A DNA stretch of 64,000 nucleotides, from NCBI GenBank assembly GCA_963768775.1, contig CAVYIY010000007.1:51832-115831 (forward strand), given 5' to 3'. Source of the DNA: Methanomassiliicoccaceae archaeon (GTDB taxonomy: Archaea > Thermoplasmatota > Thermoplasmata > Methanomassiliicoccales > UBA472). Of this stretch, positions 47,531-57,733 are shown one piece after another. Position numbers and translations under genes: made by a program. Under the pieces are notes generated by a model. It was given only the letters and a program-made list of their open reading frames with translations. It ran no database searches and was not told the DNA's origin. Within the stretch, counting starts at the first letter, position 1. Each line of letters begins with the position of its first letter.

Positions 47531-48330
47531 TGGATCATTTCAGCGGACCGATCGGAGGCATAAGCCGGTTCGTCAGCAAGTCCGCGGTCATCACGGAGCT
47601 CGAGATCCGCAAGCTGCTTCACGACCCGACGGAGCTGCTCACTCGCGCCGTCCAGCCGATCCTATGGCTGCTTGTCTTCGGGGAGGTGTTCACCCAGATC
47701 AGGATAATCCCTACTCCTGGGGTCAGATACATCGATTTCATGACCCCGGGCATCCTTGGCCAGAGCGTCCTGTTCATCTCCATCTTCTATGGCATCGCCA
47801 TAATCTGGGAGAGGGACCTCGGCATCGTGCAGAGGTTCCTGACCACCCCAACGCCAAGGACGGCGCTAGTCGCCGGAAAGGCCCTCTCGGCTGGTATCAG
47901 AGGCCTGTCCCAAGCGGCCATCATCTACCTCCTTGCGGTGCTCATCGGCGTGAATCTGATAATTGACCCCATCTCAATGATACTGGTCGTCGTCTTCCTG
48001 CTCATGGGGGCGGCGGTGTTCGCCACCCTCTCGCTGATAATCGCCTGCCTGGTCCGGACCCAGGAGCGGTTCATGGGTGTGGGGCAGCTGCTGACCATGC
48101 CACTGTTCCTCGCCAGCAATGCGATCTATCCCATCTCCCTCATGCCGGATTGGCTCAAGGTCATCGCCTATGGCAATCCGCTGACTTACCTCGTCGACGC
48201 GCTCCGGGGATTGATGATTTCGGGGATGCCGAGCGAATACGGATTGCCGTTCGACTTCGCTTTCCTGGCCATCACAATGACCGTCCTGATCGTCATCGGA
48301 GGCAGGCTCTACGCCCGGATAGGACAGTAG
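47530..48330 (+). CDS. ABC-2 type transporter permease
   Basis: Six-TM profile. Its start overlaps the ATPase stop. Confidence 0.8.
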   Translation: MDHFSGPIGGISRFVSKSAVITELEIRKLLHDPTELLTRAVQPILWLLVFGEVFTQIRIIPTPGVRYIDFMTPGILGQSVLFISIFYGIAIIWERDLGIVQRFLTTPTPRTALVAGKALSAGIRGLSQAAIIYLLAVLIGVNLIIDPISMILVVVFLLMGAAVFATLSLIIACLVRTQERFMGVGQLLTMPLFLASNAIYPISLMPDWLKVIAYGNPLTYLVDALRGLMISGMPSEYGLPFDFAFLAITMTVLIVIGGRLYARIGQ

Positions 48331-48355
48331 CCAATCAGCTATCGTGACTCTGTAG

Positions 48356-48994
48356 CTACTGATCGTTGAAGTGAATCTCCACCTTCTTGACGTCCCACAT
48401 CGTCTCCACCCGCTCCTTCACCTCATCGCGGATGTTGCCGGCGAAGATGTGGTTCTCTGGCAGGTCCACATAGATGTCCACGTTGCCGTCCACGATCTTG
48501 ATGTCCTTCACAAGCTCCCCCCGGACAATGTCCAGGCCGGTTATGGGGTTCATGACGTTCTTCAGCCGCCTCTTTATGATATCGGCCGTGGTGGGCTCCT
48601 TGTTTTTCACCAGTCCGTGCTTCTCCTCGTAGTTGGTGATCGCCTCCCTCAGACCCTCGACCGCCAGGACGGAACAGTGCGCCTTGATCTTCGGCAGGCC
48701 GCCAAGCGCATCCGACGCCTGCTGCCAAGATATCGTCTTGGCCTCCTCGATGGTCTTGCCCTTGGCTAACTCAGTGATTATCGAGCCAGTGGCGATGTTG
48801 GAGGCGCAGCCATAGGATTCGAACTTCGCGTCCACTATCCGATGCTCGGTCGGTTCGACCTTGATGAAGACCGCTACCATGTCGCCGCAGGCAGGACTGC
48901 CGACGATGGCCTTTCCGTCCGCATCCTCTATCTTGCCCACGTTCTTTGGGTTCTTGAAGTGCTCCAGCACCTTTTCGTTGTATGGAAACCTCAT
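48356..48994 (-). CDS. IscU/NifU-N scaffold fused to a DUF59-like C-terminal domain
   Basis: The three IscU cysteines are present (PACGD, YGCASN, HCS). The C-terminal ~90 aa resemble DUF59 (NPITGLDIV...VDIYVDL) but lack its usual Cys. Confidence 0.75.
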   Translation of the reverse strand: MRFPYNEKVLEHFKNPKNVGKIEDADGKAIVGSPACGDMVAVFIKVEPTEHRIVDAKFESYGCASNIATGSIITELAKGKTIEEAKTISWQQASDALGGLPKIKAHCSVLAVEGLREAITNYEEKHGLVKNKEPTTADIIKRRLKNVMNPITGLDIVRGELVKDIKIVDGNVDIYVDLPENHIFAGNIRDEVKERVETMWDVKKVEIHFNDQ

Positions 48995-50169
48995 GCTTCG
49001 TCCTCCCGCTTATCCAATGGGCTGATGGCCCTCAGTCTGGTTACTACCTCGGACATGGCGCTCACCACTCGGTCCACCTCGCTGATGTCATTGAACCTGC
49101 CGAGAGTGAAGCGGATGGAGCCGTGAGCACGCTCATGATTGCCGCCAATTCCCATTAGCACGTGGCTTGCCTCCAATGAACGGGAGAAGCAGGCGGAGCC
49201 GGTGCTCACCTCGACCCCCCTCATGTCCATGTGGAGCGTGATCGACTCCCCCTCGACGCTATGGAACGTCACATTGGCGTTCTGCGGAATCCTTCGGGTG
49301 CGATGCCCGTTGAGCGTCGTCCTCGTCACCTCTTTCAGGAAGCGATCGATGAGTGCGTCCCTTATCTCTCGCAGCCTCTCGTTCTCTTCAGGGGTGACCA
49401 GCTCGATCGCCTTTGCGAACCCGATCGCGCCCGGAATATTCTCCAGACCCGCCCGCAGATTGAACTCCTGGTAGCCCCCGTCCATCCACTTGTTCAGGGG
49501 CGTGCCTTTGCGCACGAAGAGCGCTCCGATCCCCTTCGGCCCATGGATGGTATGGCCGCTTATGGTGAGCAGGTCGATCGGCATTCTCCCCATATCCAGA
49601 GGGAGGCGGGCAAAGGTGTGCGTTGCATCTGCATGGTATAGGGTGCCCTTACGGTGGCAGATCGAGCCGATGGCCTCGATATCCTGTACGGTTCCGATTT
49701 CCTGGTTGGCATGCTGGATCGAGACCAGAATGGTCTCGGGGGTTATAGCCCGCTCTAGCTCCTCTAGGCTTATGCCGCCGTCGCCGTCCACCCCAAGATA
49801 CGTCAATTTGAAGCCGCTCTTCTCCAAAGACTTCGCGCTGTTGAGCACCGGGAAGTCCTCGATCTTCGAGATGATAATGTGCTTCCCCTTCTTGGGTCCA
49901 AGTGCGGAAGCCACTCCCTTCAGCGCGAGGTTGCTGGACTCCGTATCCCCTGAGGTGAAGACGAGTTCCTCCGGTGAGCTTCCAATCGCCTTGGACACTC
50001 TGACCCTGGACTCTTCGAGCTTCTCCTTCGCCTCGATGCCCATCGAGTAGCCAAACTCGGACGTCACCACCGCGTAGGTATCGAAGAAGAATGGCGTCAT
50101 CGCTTCCAGCACCCTTTCGTCCAAGCGGGTGGATGCCGCATTGTCCATGTATATGATTTTCTCAGGCAA
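48991..50169 (-). CDS. iscS: cysteine desulfurase (NifS/IscS class)
   Basis: SGDTESSN, ISGHTIHGPKG PLP-lysine context, active-site loop SACFS. Confidence 0.9.
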   Translation of the reverse strand: MPEKIIYMDNAASTRLDERVLEAMTPFFFDTYAVVTSEFGYSMGIEAKEKLEESRVRVSKAIGSSPEELVFTSGDTESSNLALKGVASALGPKKGKHIIISKIEDFPVLNSAKSLEKSGFKLTYLGVDGDGGISLEELERAITPETILVSIQHANQEIGTVQDIEAIGSICHRKGTLYHADATHTFARLPLDMGRMPIDLLTISGHTIHGPKGIGALFVRKGTPLNKWMDGGYQEFNLRAGLENIPGAIGFAKAIELVTPEENERLREIRDALIDRFLKEVTRTTLNGHRTRRIPQNANVTFHSVEGESITLHMDMRGVEVSTGSACFSRSLEASHVLMGIGGNHERAHGSIRFTLGRFNDISEVDRVVSAMSEVVTRLRAISPLDKREDEA

Positions 50170-50178
50170 ATCAACACC

Positions 50179-50607
50179 TCAGATGAAGAGCGTTATATCG
50201 GACTTCCTGGCCTCGTTCACATAGGTCCCGACCGCGCCGAACTCGTCTATCAGGTCCAGCCTGAGGTCCTCCTTCTTGATGCCCATCACGTCCATGGTCA
50301 TCTCGCAGGCGATTATCTTCCCCCCAAGCTCCTTGAAGTCCGCCATCAGTCTCTCCATGGACGCTACGTTCGCTTTCGCCATCCTGCCCATCACCATCCG
50401 TCGTCCCAAGCCGAGCATGTTCATCTTGCTCAGCGGGCCCTTGTCCAAGCCTCCCTTCTTCAATCGGTTCAGGCCCCAGAACGTGAAGTAGAGGGAGACC
50501 TCCATGCCCATCGATAGCGACCCATTGCCGACGATCAATGCGCTGATCACCTTGTCAATGTCCCCGCTATGGACGATTATCGTCGTCTTGCCAGCCATTG
50601 CACTCAC
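50179..50607 (-). CDS. DsrE/DsrF-like (COG2210-type) sulfur-relay family protein
   Basis: About 140 aa with IIVHSGDIDKV...FTFWGL...IIACEMTMD and a conserved Cys. Confidence 0.7.
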   Translation of the reverse strand: MSAMAGKTTIIVHSGDIDKVISALIVGNGSLSMGMEVSLYFTFWGLNRLKKGGLDKGPLSKMNMLGLGRRMVMGRMAKANVASMERLMADFKELGGKIIACEMTMDVMGIKKEDLRLDLIDEFGAVGTYVNEARKSDITLFI

Positions 50608-50832
50608 CTAGACCTTCCTTATGCGGATGACCCATTCCTTGCCCTGGTCCTTGACCTCGAGCAGCTCCTCCCCCAATGCTTCCACCGCCATCGGGATCTC
50701 TTTCTTCGAAGATGGATGGGTGCCTTTGACCTCGATCACGTCCCCCTTTGCCGCTTTCTTGAGCGCCTTCCTCACTTCCACCAGTGGAACTGGACAGTTC
50801 TGCCCCCGACAATCGAGATCAAACTTAACCAT
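50608..50832 (-). CDS. tusA: TusA/SirA-type sulfurtransferase
   Basis: LDCRGQNCPVPL active-site motif. 74 aa. Its stop abuts the next gene's ATG. Confidence 0.85.
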   Translation of the reverse strand: MVKFDLDCRGQNCPVPLVEVRKALKKAAKGDVIEVKGTHPSSKKEIPMAVEALGEELLEVKDQGKEWVIRIRKV

Positions 50833-50977
50833 TGTTTCATTCCTCGAAGATATAGCTTGGGTCCCACAGGCTTAATAACTTTCTCAGGCCACTCTGCGGA
50901 CGCAAATCGGGCTTCAGATGGGCAAAAGGCGAGAGGACTGCCTATGGACCAATGTCACTGGGATGTTACAGATCGGC

Positions 50978-53900
50978 TCACTCGAACCGGAGGACGTCCG
51001 CTGGGGCGACCTTGCTCGCTCCCCTTGCCGCCGGGTACACGCTGAGGATGGTCGCCACGAAGGAGAGGGCCCCGACAATGAGTATCGGTCCTACGTCCAA
51101 TGTCCAGATGAAGCCGCTCGGCTCGAGGACGGTCTGCCACAGCTGGTAGCCGACCACCACTCCGAGGATGGAGCCGAGGATGATGCCGAGCAGGGAGATG
51201 AAGCCGGATTCGATGGCGAAGTTGGCCACCACCATCCTCTTGCGATAGCCGATGGCGCGCATCATCCCGATCTCCAGCTTGCGCTCGTGGATCGAGCGGA
51301 TGGTAATGATCGCCAAGCCCGAAATCCCGATGATCAGGCCCATGCCCAGGAACGCCTCGAACAGCGAGAGCATGCTGTTGATCAAGCTGGTTATCTGCTT
51401 GGCCAGCGCCTTGATGTCGATGGTCTGCAGTCCGTTGGCGAGGAACGTCTTCTCCAACAGGATCGATTGAGCCGAAGAATCGAGGCCATCCCGGAACTGC
51501 ACCAGGAGCATGGCGGCCCCCATGGCGCCGAACTCCGACCTAACCGTCTGCTCGCGCATGAAGATGCCCTGGAAGGTGCTCTGCTTCATGATGCCGACGA
51601 TGGTGATGTTGTACGCCGGGCCCAATGGGCTCCTCATGGGGAATGTCTGCCCGACGGTCGCCTCGAAGCCTGACGAGGTACCTGGCGGCCCCATGCCCCC
51701 TCCAAAACCAGATTGGGGCACCACGCTGCCGTCCACGATCGCCAGGGAGCTGTTCGCCTGCACCGCCCTCCAGACGTCATTCTCGCTAGCGTAGAGGCTG
51801 TGATTGTAATCCGCCAGGGGATAATTGCCCTGAGTGTACAGACTGGTATTAAACCCGATTACCTGATAATGGACATTGGAATAACTGACTTGCTGATTAT
51901 TTGGATTGACCTGAGTAACGTTCACTACGGCCAGAGAGACTGGCAATGCGATCAAGTGGGTCACGTTCGCCCCTTGCAAGGGCGACCCGGTTTGGTTCAG
52001 CTCCTGCCAAGGGTCGATCATGATCGGAGAGGTTGATGTGAACGCAATCACATCGAAGCCGCCGGAAGTCTCCGCCACCATACGGTCGATATTGACCCCC
52101 ATTAGGCCCGCGACCACGATCAGGGTGGTCATGGTGAAGATCACCAGGCCGAAGATGAATATGCTCAAGGCGGTGCGGAACTTCGCCTTCAACGGATAGG
52201 AGATGGAAGTCTTTAGCACCGCCCGGTACTCCTTCCTCACGCGGAAAACTTTAGTGATGACGTGGATGAGCGAGTCGGAATTGAACATGACGATGAGCAG
52301 GGCCGCCACGACGATGAAGAGGCCTGCGACCACGAAGCCCTCGATCTCCGACTGGTAGGGGAAGATCTTCAGGCCATAGGGTAGAGGCATCCAGACGATG
52401 AGAGTCAGAATCCCGGCGAGATTCCATGCCAGCCGCTCGCTCACCACGCGCCGCATTAGCAGGCCGATGGACAGGGTCATGAATGATAGCCCAGAACTGG
52501 CGAAGGCGAGGTTCTCGACTGCGACGCCGGCGAGCATCAGCGCGGCGCCACCGATCAAGGACATCAGCCCGATGCGGAAGGTGCGCCTGTCGCTTCGGGC
52601 AACTGCAGGCTCAGGAATATTCCGGATCGCTCGAACGATGTTCAGGAGCGATATCCTCCTCGTAGTGAGGTACACGGTCAACAGGGTCAAGGAGAATCCA
52701 GCAAGGTATCCGAGGACCAGCGATAGCGGCGTGAATGTAAAGTATGCAACCAGGTTGAAAGAGAAGTCTCCAAAGTTCAGTATCCCGCTCATAGCCCAGG
52801 CGATGATGTATGCCAGAACAACGCCCAACGCAGAGCCGATGGCGGCGGCAAGCGCCGCGAATATCGTCCCTTCGTAGGTCATGAGCCGGCGCAGTTGAGA
52901 TCGCCTCATTCCGATGGCGCGAGCGACGCCGTTCTCACCCTTGCGCTCCTCGCCAAGCATAGTGAAGATGTTGACCACCAGGACGACCCCGGCGATGATG
53001 GAGAAGGACCCGAAGACGAAGAACATGGAGCTGAACATCTGCGATGTGCTCTTGGCGCTGCTTATCGCCTCGCGCTTGTCGTTCTGTATCTTCAGCCCGG
53101 TGGTGGACGTCAGCGGAGATAATATCGAATTGATGTCGCTGGCGACCTGGTCGCCGTACTGCAGCCCGCTGTCACCGACGCCTATCAGGCTCACGAAGAT
53201 GAAGTTGCTTTGCCCGATATGCTTGGTGAGATTCTGTGCGGAGGATATGTTCATTATGACCAGGTTAGTTGAGCCGAACGCCCCCAGCCCCTTCTCTTGG
53301 ACGACCTTCGACAGAGTGACCACAGACATCTGGCTCTGTCCTTCGAACAGCAGGATCGTGTCGCCCTGGTGAGCATCGATGTCCTTCGCCGCCTTGTCGT
53401 TCAGATAGATCTCGTTGACGCCCGGTGCGACAAGGATCTCGTTGCCCTCTAGATCAAAGAAGTGGCCAAAATGCTCTACAAGGGAACTATTCACTCCGAG
53501 CAATGTGAAGGAGGGATTGGATAGGCTGCTTTCGTGATCCTGGATGGCGACTGTGTCCCGCAGCAGCACACTGGAAGCCTCCACGTGCGGAATGCCCCCA
53601 ATCTGCTCTGCCAGCGGATCGATGAAGCTGTCGTTGAAGTAGCGATAGCCATTGAACTCCGCCCCGACGCTGAAATCGACCTCGCCCAGGGAGTTGGTGG
53701 CCTGCTTCACGATCATGTTGTCCATGGTGTCCCCGACGACCAGCGAGGTGGAGATTATCGCGGTGCCGACCATCAAGCCTCCAAGGATCAAAGCGGTGGT
53801 CCATTTACGGCGAACGATATTCCTCATGGCCATGGTCAACAGTATCCGGTTCTTCCTCGCATCCATCAGGACCAGGACGATGGCGACGATGATCACCACC

Positions 53901-53992
53901 AGCAAGGCGATGAACATGGGCAGGAATATGAATGAAAGAACGATCGCGAGCCCAGCAGGGACCAACGTGACTATTGCATGAAGCCGATTCAC
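50978..53992 (-). CDS. ABC transporter permease with two FtsX/MacB-type domains
   Basis: 1004 aa. Two repeats of a TM plus large extracytoplasmic loop plus a three-TM FtsX block. Confidence 0.8.
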   Translation of the reverse strand: MNRLHAIVTLVPAGLAIVLSFIFLPMFIALLVVIIVAIVLVLMDARKNRILLTMAMRNIVRRKWTTALILGGLMVGTAIISTSLVVGDTMDNMIVKQATNSLGEVDFSVGAEFNGYRYFNDSFIDPLAEQIGGIPHVEASSVLLRDTVAIQDHESSLSNPSFTLLGVNSSLVEHFGHFFDLEGNEILVAPGVNEIYLNDKAAKDIDAHQGDTILLFEGQSQMSVVTLSKVVQEKGLGAFGSTNLVIMNISSAQNLTKHIGQSNFIFVSLIGVGDSGLQYGDQVASDINSILSPLTSTTGLKIQNDKREAISSAKSTSQMFSSMFFVFGSFSIIAGVVLVVNIFTMLGEERKGENGVARAIGMRRSQLRRLMTYEGTIFAALAAAIGSALGVVLAYIIAWAMSGILNFGDFSFNLVAYFTFTPLSLVLGYLAGFSLTLLTVYLTTRRISLLNIVRAIRNIPEPAVARSDRRTFRIGLMSLIGGAALMLAGVAVENLAFASSGLSFMTLSIGLLMRRVVSERLAWNLAGILTLIVWMPLPYGLKIFPYQSEIEGFVVAGLFIVVAALLIVMFNSDSLIHVITKVFRVRKEYRAVLKTSISYPLKAKFRTALSIFIFGLVIFTMTTLIVVAGLMGVNIDRMVAETSGGFDVIAFTSTSPIMIDPWQELNQTGSPLQGANVTHLIALPVSLAVVNVTQVNPNNQQVSYSNVHYQVIGFNTSLYTQGNYPLADYNHSLYASENDVWRAVQANSSLAIVDGSVVPQSGFGGGMGPPGTSSGFEATVGQTFPMRSPLGPAYNITIVGIMKQSTFQGIFMREQTVRSEFGAMGAAMLLVQFRDGLDSSAQSILLEKTFLANGLQTIDIKALAKQITSLINSMLSLFEAFLGMGLIIGISGLAIITIRSIHERKLEIGMMRAIGYRKRMVVANFAIESGFISLLGIILGSILGVVVGYQLWQTVLEPSGFIWTLDVGPILIVGALSFVATILSVYPAARGASKVAPADVLRFE

Positions 53993-53996
53993 CGGC

Positions 53997-54716
53997 TCAC
54001 CCCATGCTGCGGATCTCTTTTGCTGTCTGGTGGATGCTTCCGTTGTCGTCCACGATCAGGCCGTCCCTCATGTGGATGATCCGGTCGCACACCGCCCCGA
54101 CCTCAGGGTCGTGGGTGACGATCATGAACGTCTCCCCGTGTTCCTTGTTGAGCTTGCGCATCAGGCCGACCACTTCATCCGCGGTCTTCTTGTCGAGGTT
54201 GCCGGTCGGCTCATCCGCCCAGATGATGGCCGGGTTGTTGATCAAGGCGCGGGCGATGGTCACTCTCTGCCTCTCCCCACCCGAGAGCGAGGCCGGGCGC
54301 ATCTTCGCCCTTTCCTGAAGACCTACCGCTGCCAGCATGTCCAGCGCCCTCTTCTTGGTGCCGTTGATCCTCTCGTTGCTCAATAACAATGGGAGCTCGA
54401 CGTTCTCCTCGGCCGTGAGCACGGGGAGCAGGTTGAAGAATTGGAAGACGAAGCCCATGCGCTTCGCCCGGAAGATGGTTTTGGAGTCATCGTCCATAGT
54501 GGTGATGTCCTTGCCTTCGACGATGACCTGGCCCGAGGTTACGTCATCGATGCCGGATATGCAGTTGAGCAACGTGGTCTTGCCACAGCCAGAAGGGCCC
54601 ATGACCGCCACCATCTCCCCTTCGTCCACAGAGATGGAGACGTTCTTCAATGCCTCTACCCTAAGCTCGCCGGTGACATAGGTCTTGTTCACGTTCCTCG
54701 TTTCGATGATGGGCAA
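53997..54716 (-). CDS. ABC transporter ATP-binding protein (MacB/LolD-like)
   Basis: [29 protein letters not shown]. Confidence 0.9.
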   Translation of the reverse strand: MPIIETRNVNKTYVTGELRVEALKNVSISVDEGEMVAVMGPSGCGKTTLLNCISGIDDVTSGQVIVEGKDITTMDDDSKTIFRAKRMGFVFQFFNLLPVLTAEENVELPLLLSNERINGTKKRALDMLAAVGLQERAKMRPASLSGGERQRVTIARALINNPAIIWADEPTGNLDKKTADEVVGLMRKLNKEHGETFMIVTHDPEVGAVCDRIIHMRDGLIVDDNGSIHQTAKEIRSMG

Positions 54717-54979
54717 ATTCGTTACCTCGTAGATGTGAGACGCCCCATTTTTATGGCACTATTTGAACATTGGCACCAGTCATCCCCAGTTGCGGAGTTC
54801 CCCTATCCAGTATGCCGACTGGGTTTCAATAGAACGGTTCATCGGTCAGTTCGAATGCCTCGAAATCCGTCATCGGATATCCAATAATTACCGCTCCTGA
54901 GCTGAGATGATAAACGCTGTTCAACCTTCGCGGAAATAATGAATCGCCATCCATTAAGTCTAGAATGATAACTTAACAA

Positions 54980-55165
54980 TTGACAGGTGCAACATTGCCA
55001 TATTTCAAGTGGATGGACATCGGGATGACCTGTCCGTTCGAGACCAGCGCGAAGACCGAGGACGAACTGATGAAGAAGATCGCAGATCATGCAGCCAAAG
55101 CGCATGACCTGAAGACGGCGCCTCCCGAACTCATGGTCAAGATCAAGAAGGCCACAAAGAAGTAG
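54980..55165 (+). CDS. DUF1059 small protein
   Basis: MDIGMTCPFE...EDELMKKIADHAAKAH pattern. The true start may be the ATG at 55012. Confidence 0.6.
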   Translation: MTGATLPYFKWMDIGMTCPFETSAKTEDELMKKIADHAAKAHDLKTAPPELMVKIKKATKK

Positions 55166-55285
55166 CCACGACTAAGCTGGACGATCCTGCAAACCCCATA
55201 ACAGCTTTTGGCATTTCTGCAGTTCTGCTCGCCGACGGCCACCACCCCATGGTCATTGCTAATCGCAGAAACAGGAAGAATGAAC

Positions 55286-55297
55286 CATTTTATAGGA
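55286..55297 (+). promoter_or_regulatory. candidate TATA box of fprA
   Basis: cattttatagga, about 30-40 nt upstream of the fprA ATG. Confidence 0.35.
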
Positions 55298-55326
55298 GCG
55301 GCTTTCTTAATTGAATCAGTGACAAC

Positions 55327-56505
55327 ATGCCTGAGATAAACGAACTAGCCAACGGAGTGTTCTGGGTGGGGGTAAGGGATTGGGACAGGCGCCTCTTCGA
55401 TGCCCTGATCCCGCTGCCCTATGGCACTACCTATAATGCATACTTAATCGTAGGCGACAAGAAGACCGCCCTCATCGATACGGTCAATCCGGGCTTCGAA
55501 GGCGAACTGAAAGTGAAGCTCGAGGCGCTCGGGGGCATAGAGAAGCTGGATTATCTCATCATGAACCATGCCGAGCCGGACCATGCCGGCGGGATACCGT
55601 TCGTGTTCGGTGAGAACAAGAAGCTCAAGCTGGTGCTCACTGAGAAGGGAGCGAAGATCGCGAAGGCGCTCTATCATGTGGCCGATGACCGACTGATGAT
55701 AGTCAAGCAGGACGATCAAATCGACCTAGGAGGAAAGACGCTCAAATTCATCGAGGCCCCCTTCCTCCATTGGCCGGAGACGATGTTCACTTACCTCGTC
55801 GAGGAAGAGATACTCTTCTCCTGCGACTTCTTCGGAGCCCATAGCGCAGGAGGGGTGTTCGCCGAGGACGTCCAGGACCTCCCTACGTTCGCCAAGAAAT
55901 ACTATGGCGAAATCATGATGCCATTCAACAAGTCAGCGGCGGCGGGGATGGCCAAATTGGAGGGCCTCGAGATCAGCATGATCGCGCCCTCCCATGGCCC
56001 GATCCACCGCGACCCGGAGCCGATCATCCTGGCCTACCTGGATTGGACCAGCGGCGAGACCAAGGAGAAGGTCACCATCTGCTTCGTCACCATGTGGCAA
56101 TCGACCAAGGCCCTGGTCGACAAGATGACCGAGATCCTCATGGAAGAGGGGATCGAGACCAAGGTCTACAACCTGCCGGTCTCGGACATAGCTGACATCG
56201 CCGGGGACCTGGTGGATTCGAGGGCGATCGTCCTCGGCGCGCCAACCGTGCTGAACGGCCTGCATCCGCAGGGCCTATACATAGCCTCGCTGGTCAAGGT
56301 GCTCCGACCGCCCGCGAAATACGCCGCCGTGCTCTCTTCCTTCGGCTGGGGCGGAGGGGCGGTTAAGCAGGCACTGGACATATTGGGACCGACCAAGATA
56401 GAGGCCATCGGAGCCGTGGACGTGAATGGACGGCCGACCGCGGAGGACCTGAAGAAAGTGGAAGAGCTGGCGAGAGCCTTGGCTGCAAAAGTGCGGTCGG
56501 GCTAA
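55327..56505 (+). CDS. fprA: FprA-type flavodiiron protein
   Basis: Metallo-beta-lactamase di-iron motif NHAEPDHAGG followed by a C-terminal flavodoxin domain. Confidence 0.9.
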   Translation: MPEINELANGVFWVGVRDWDRRLFDALIPLPYGTTYNAYLIVGDKKTALIDTVNPGFEGELKVKLEALGGIEKLDYLIMNHAEPDHAGGIPFVFGENKKLKLVLTEKGAKIAKALYHVADDRLMIVKQDDQIDLGGKTLKFIEAPFLHWPETMFTYLVEEEILFSCDFFGAHSAGGVFAEDVQDLPTFAKKYYGEIMMPFNKSAAAGMAKLEGLEISMIAPSHGPIHRDPEPIILAYLDWTSGETKEKVTICFVTMWQSTKALVDKMTEILMEEGIETKVYNLPVSDIADIAGDLVDSRAIVLGAPTVLNGLHPQGLYIASLVKVLRPPAKYAAVLSSFGWGGGAVKQALDILGPTKIEAIGAVDVNGRPTAEDLKKVEELARALAAKVRSG

Positions 56506-56539
56506 ACCTAATAGAAATGAGAACGACGACTGGCAGGGC

Positions 56540-56962
56540 CTAAGTCCTGAAGTTCACTGCCAATTCCATGTGCTTGGAGCCGAAGTATTTCGCGCAGAAC
56601 TCTGCGGCCTTCTTGGGAGGGTACTCCTTGCAGCTGAAGATGTCGATGAATGCCCGATTCGTGTCTTCGGCGAAATGACCGGAGATTAGAGAGGTCTCGA
56701 TCAACTGGGCAAGGGAGTAGCCTTGCACCCGGGGATCGTCCCCGAACCGCACCACGATGGGTTCGCCAAAGCGCTTCATCTTGATGAATTCGCAAAGATC
56801 CACGGAGAACTGGGCGATTCGCTCCCCGTCGCGTATCTTCTTGGGGTCGCAGTCACGCAGGTCTATGGAGGTGAGGAGCCCCCATTCCCCTCCTTTCTTG
56901 AAGTGCTCAATAATCTCATTATCGTTCATCGTTCTAGTCGAATTCGGGCCTATGCTATACAT
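56540..56962 (-). CDS. S-adenosylmethionine decarboxylase-related (pyruvoyl) protein
   Basis: LIETSLISGHF (putative self-cleavage E-S/T-S site) and IDIFSCK motifs of the small AdoMetDC family. Confidence 0.65.
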   Translation of the reverse strand: MYSIGPNSTRTMNDNEIIEHFKKGGEWGLLTSIDLRDCDPKKIRDGERIAQFSVDLCEFIKMKRFGEPIVVRFGDDPRVQGYSLAQLIETSLISGHFAEDTNRAFIDIFSCKEYPPKKAAEFCAKYFGSKHMELAVNFRT

Positions 56963-57185
56963 TTCTGATTATCACCATCGTTTGATTATGCGTTTGATAT
57001 GTTAGCAGGGTTCAACTCGTTCTAGGATGAAAAGGTTGGCATTGAAACATTAGGTCTGATATTAGCCCTTTTGGCTACATCCAGATAACCGCAGCAGTCG
57101 TTTCTGAGGGGGGCGACCGCCCAAAACGCGCAAAATCGAGATATTCGCATCGATTTGTGCGGGAACGCGTTCCGCAACCTGGAGA

Positions 57186-57638
57186 TGATCACCGCGGGAA
57201 TGCGAGTGCCGGTGACGATTCTGCGGGACGATGACGGCTCCATGATTGACGATCTGCTTCGACACCGAACTGGGAGGAAGGCAGGAATATCGCGATTTCC
57301 TGATCAACCAGGACGGCCCGTCGTACGTCCTCAATACCATGTGGGCGGCGAACTGGCGCGCCTTCAGGCAGGACATGCAGATGATGCACGACTAGAACAA
57401 CGTGGAGGAGGCGAAGAGGTCTTCAGGTACATGGACTACAGGACTGCCGTGGGCCTAACACCGGCCTGGGCGACCCTGACGCATTCGAGCGCCGGCTGCA
57501 AGAGTTCGCCAGCATCTTCGATCTGGAGCTGAAGCATCATCGGGCGACACTGAAGATCGTGGAACGGTCCTATCGCGAGGCGAAGCGCCTCCTGCGCGAC
57601 CCGCACTCCCTGAAGCTCTATACGGCTGAGCGGAGTTG
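57186..57638 (+). pseudogene. remnant of an unidentified gene, readable in several frames
   Basis: Protein-like stretches occur in three frames without starts: EMITAGMRVPVTILRDDDGSMIDDLL (f2), EYRDFLINQDGPSYVLNTMWAANWRAFRQDMQMMHD-TAG (f3), and DPDAFERRLQEFASIFDLELKHHRATLKIVERSYREAKRLLRDPHSLKLY (f1). Confidence 0.35.
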
Positions 57639-57733
57639 AGGAAATGACGATACCTTATTAGCAATGCCGATGCATTTTGGATTGTCCAGTTGTCACAGGC
57701 AATAGCTCTATCAGTGCAATTCAAGGAGATTCC

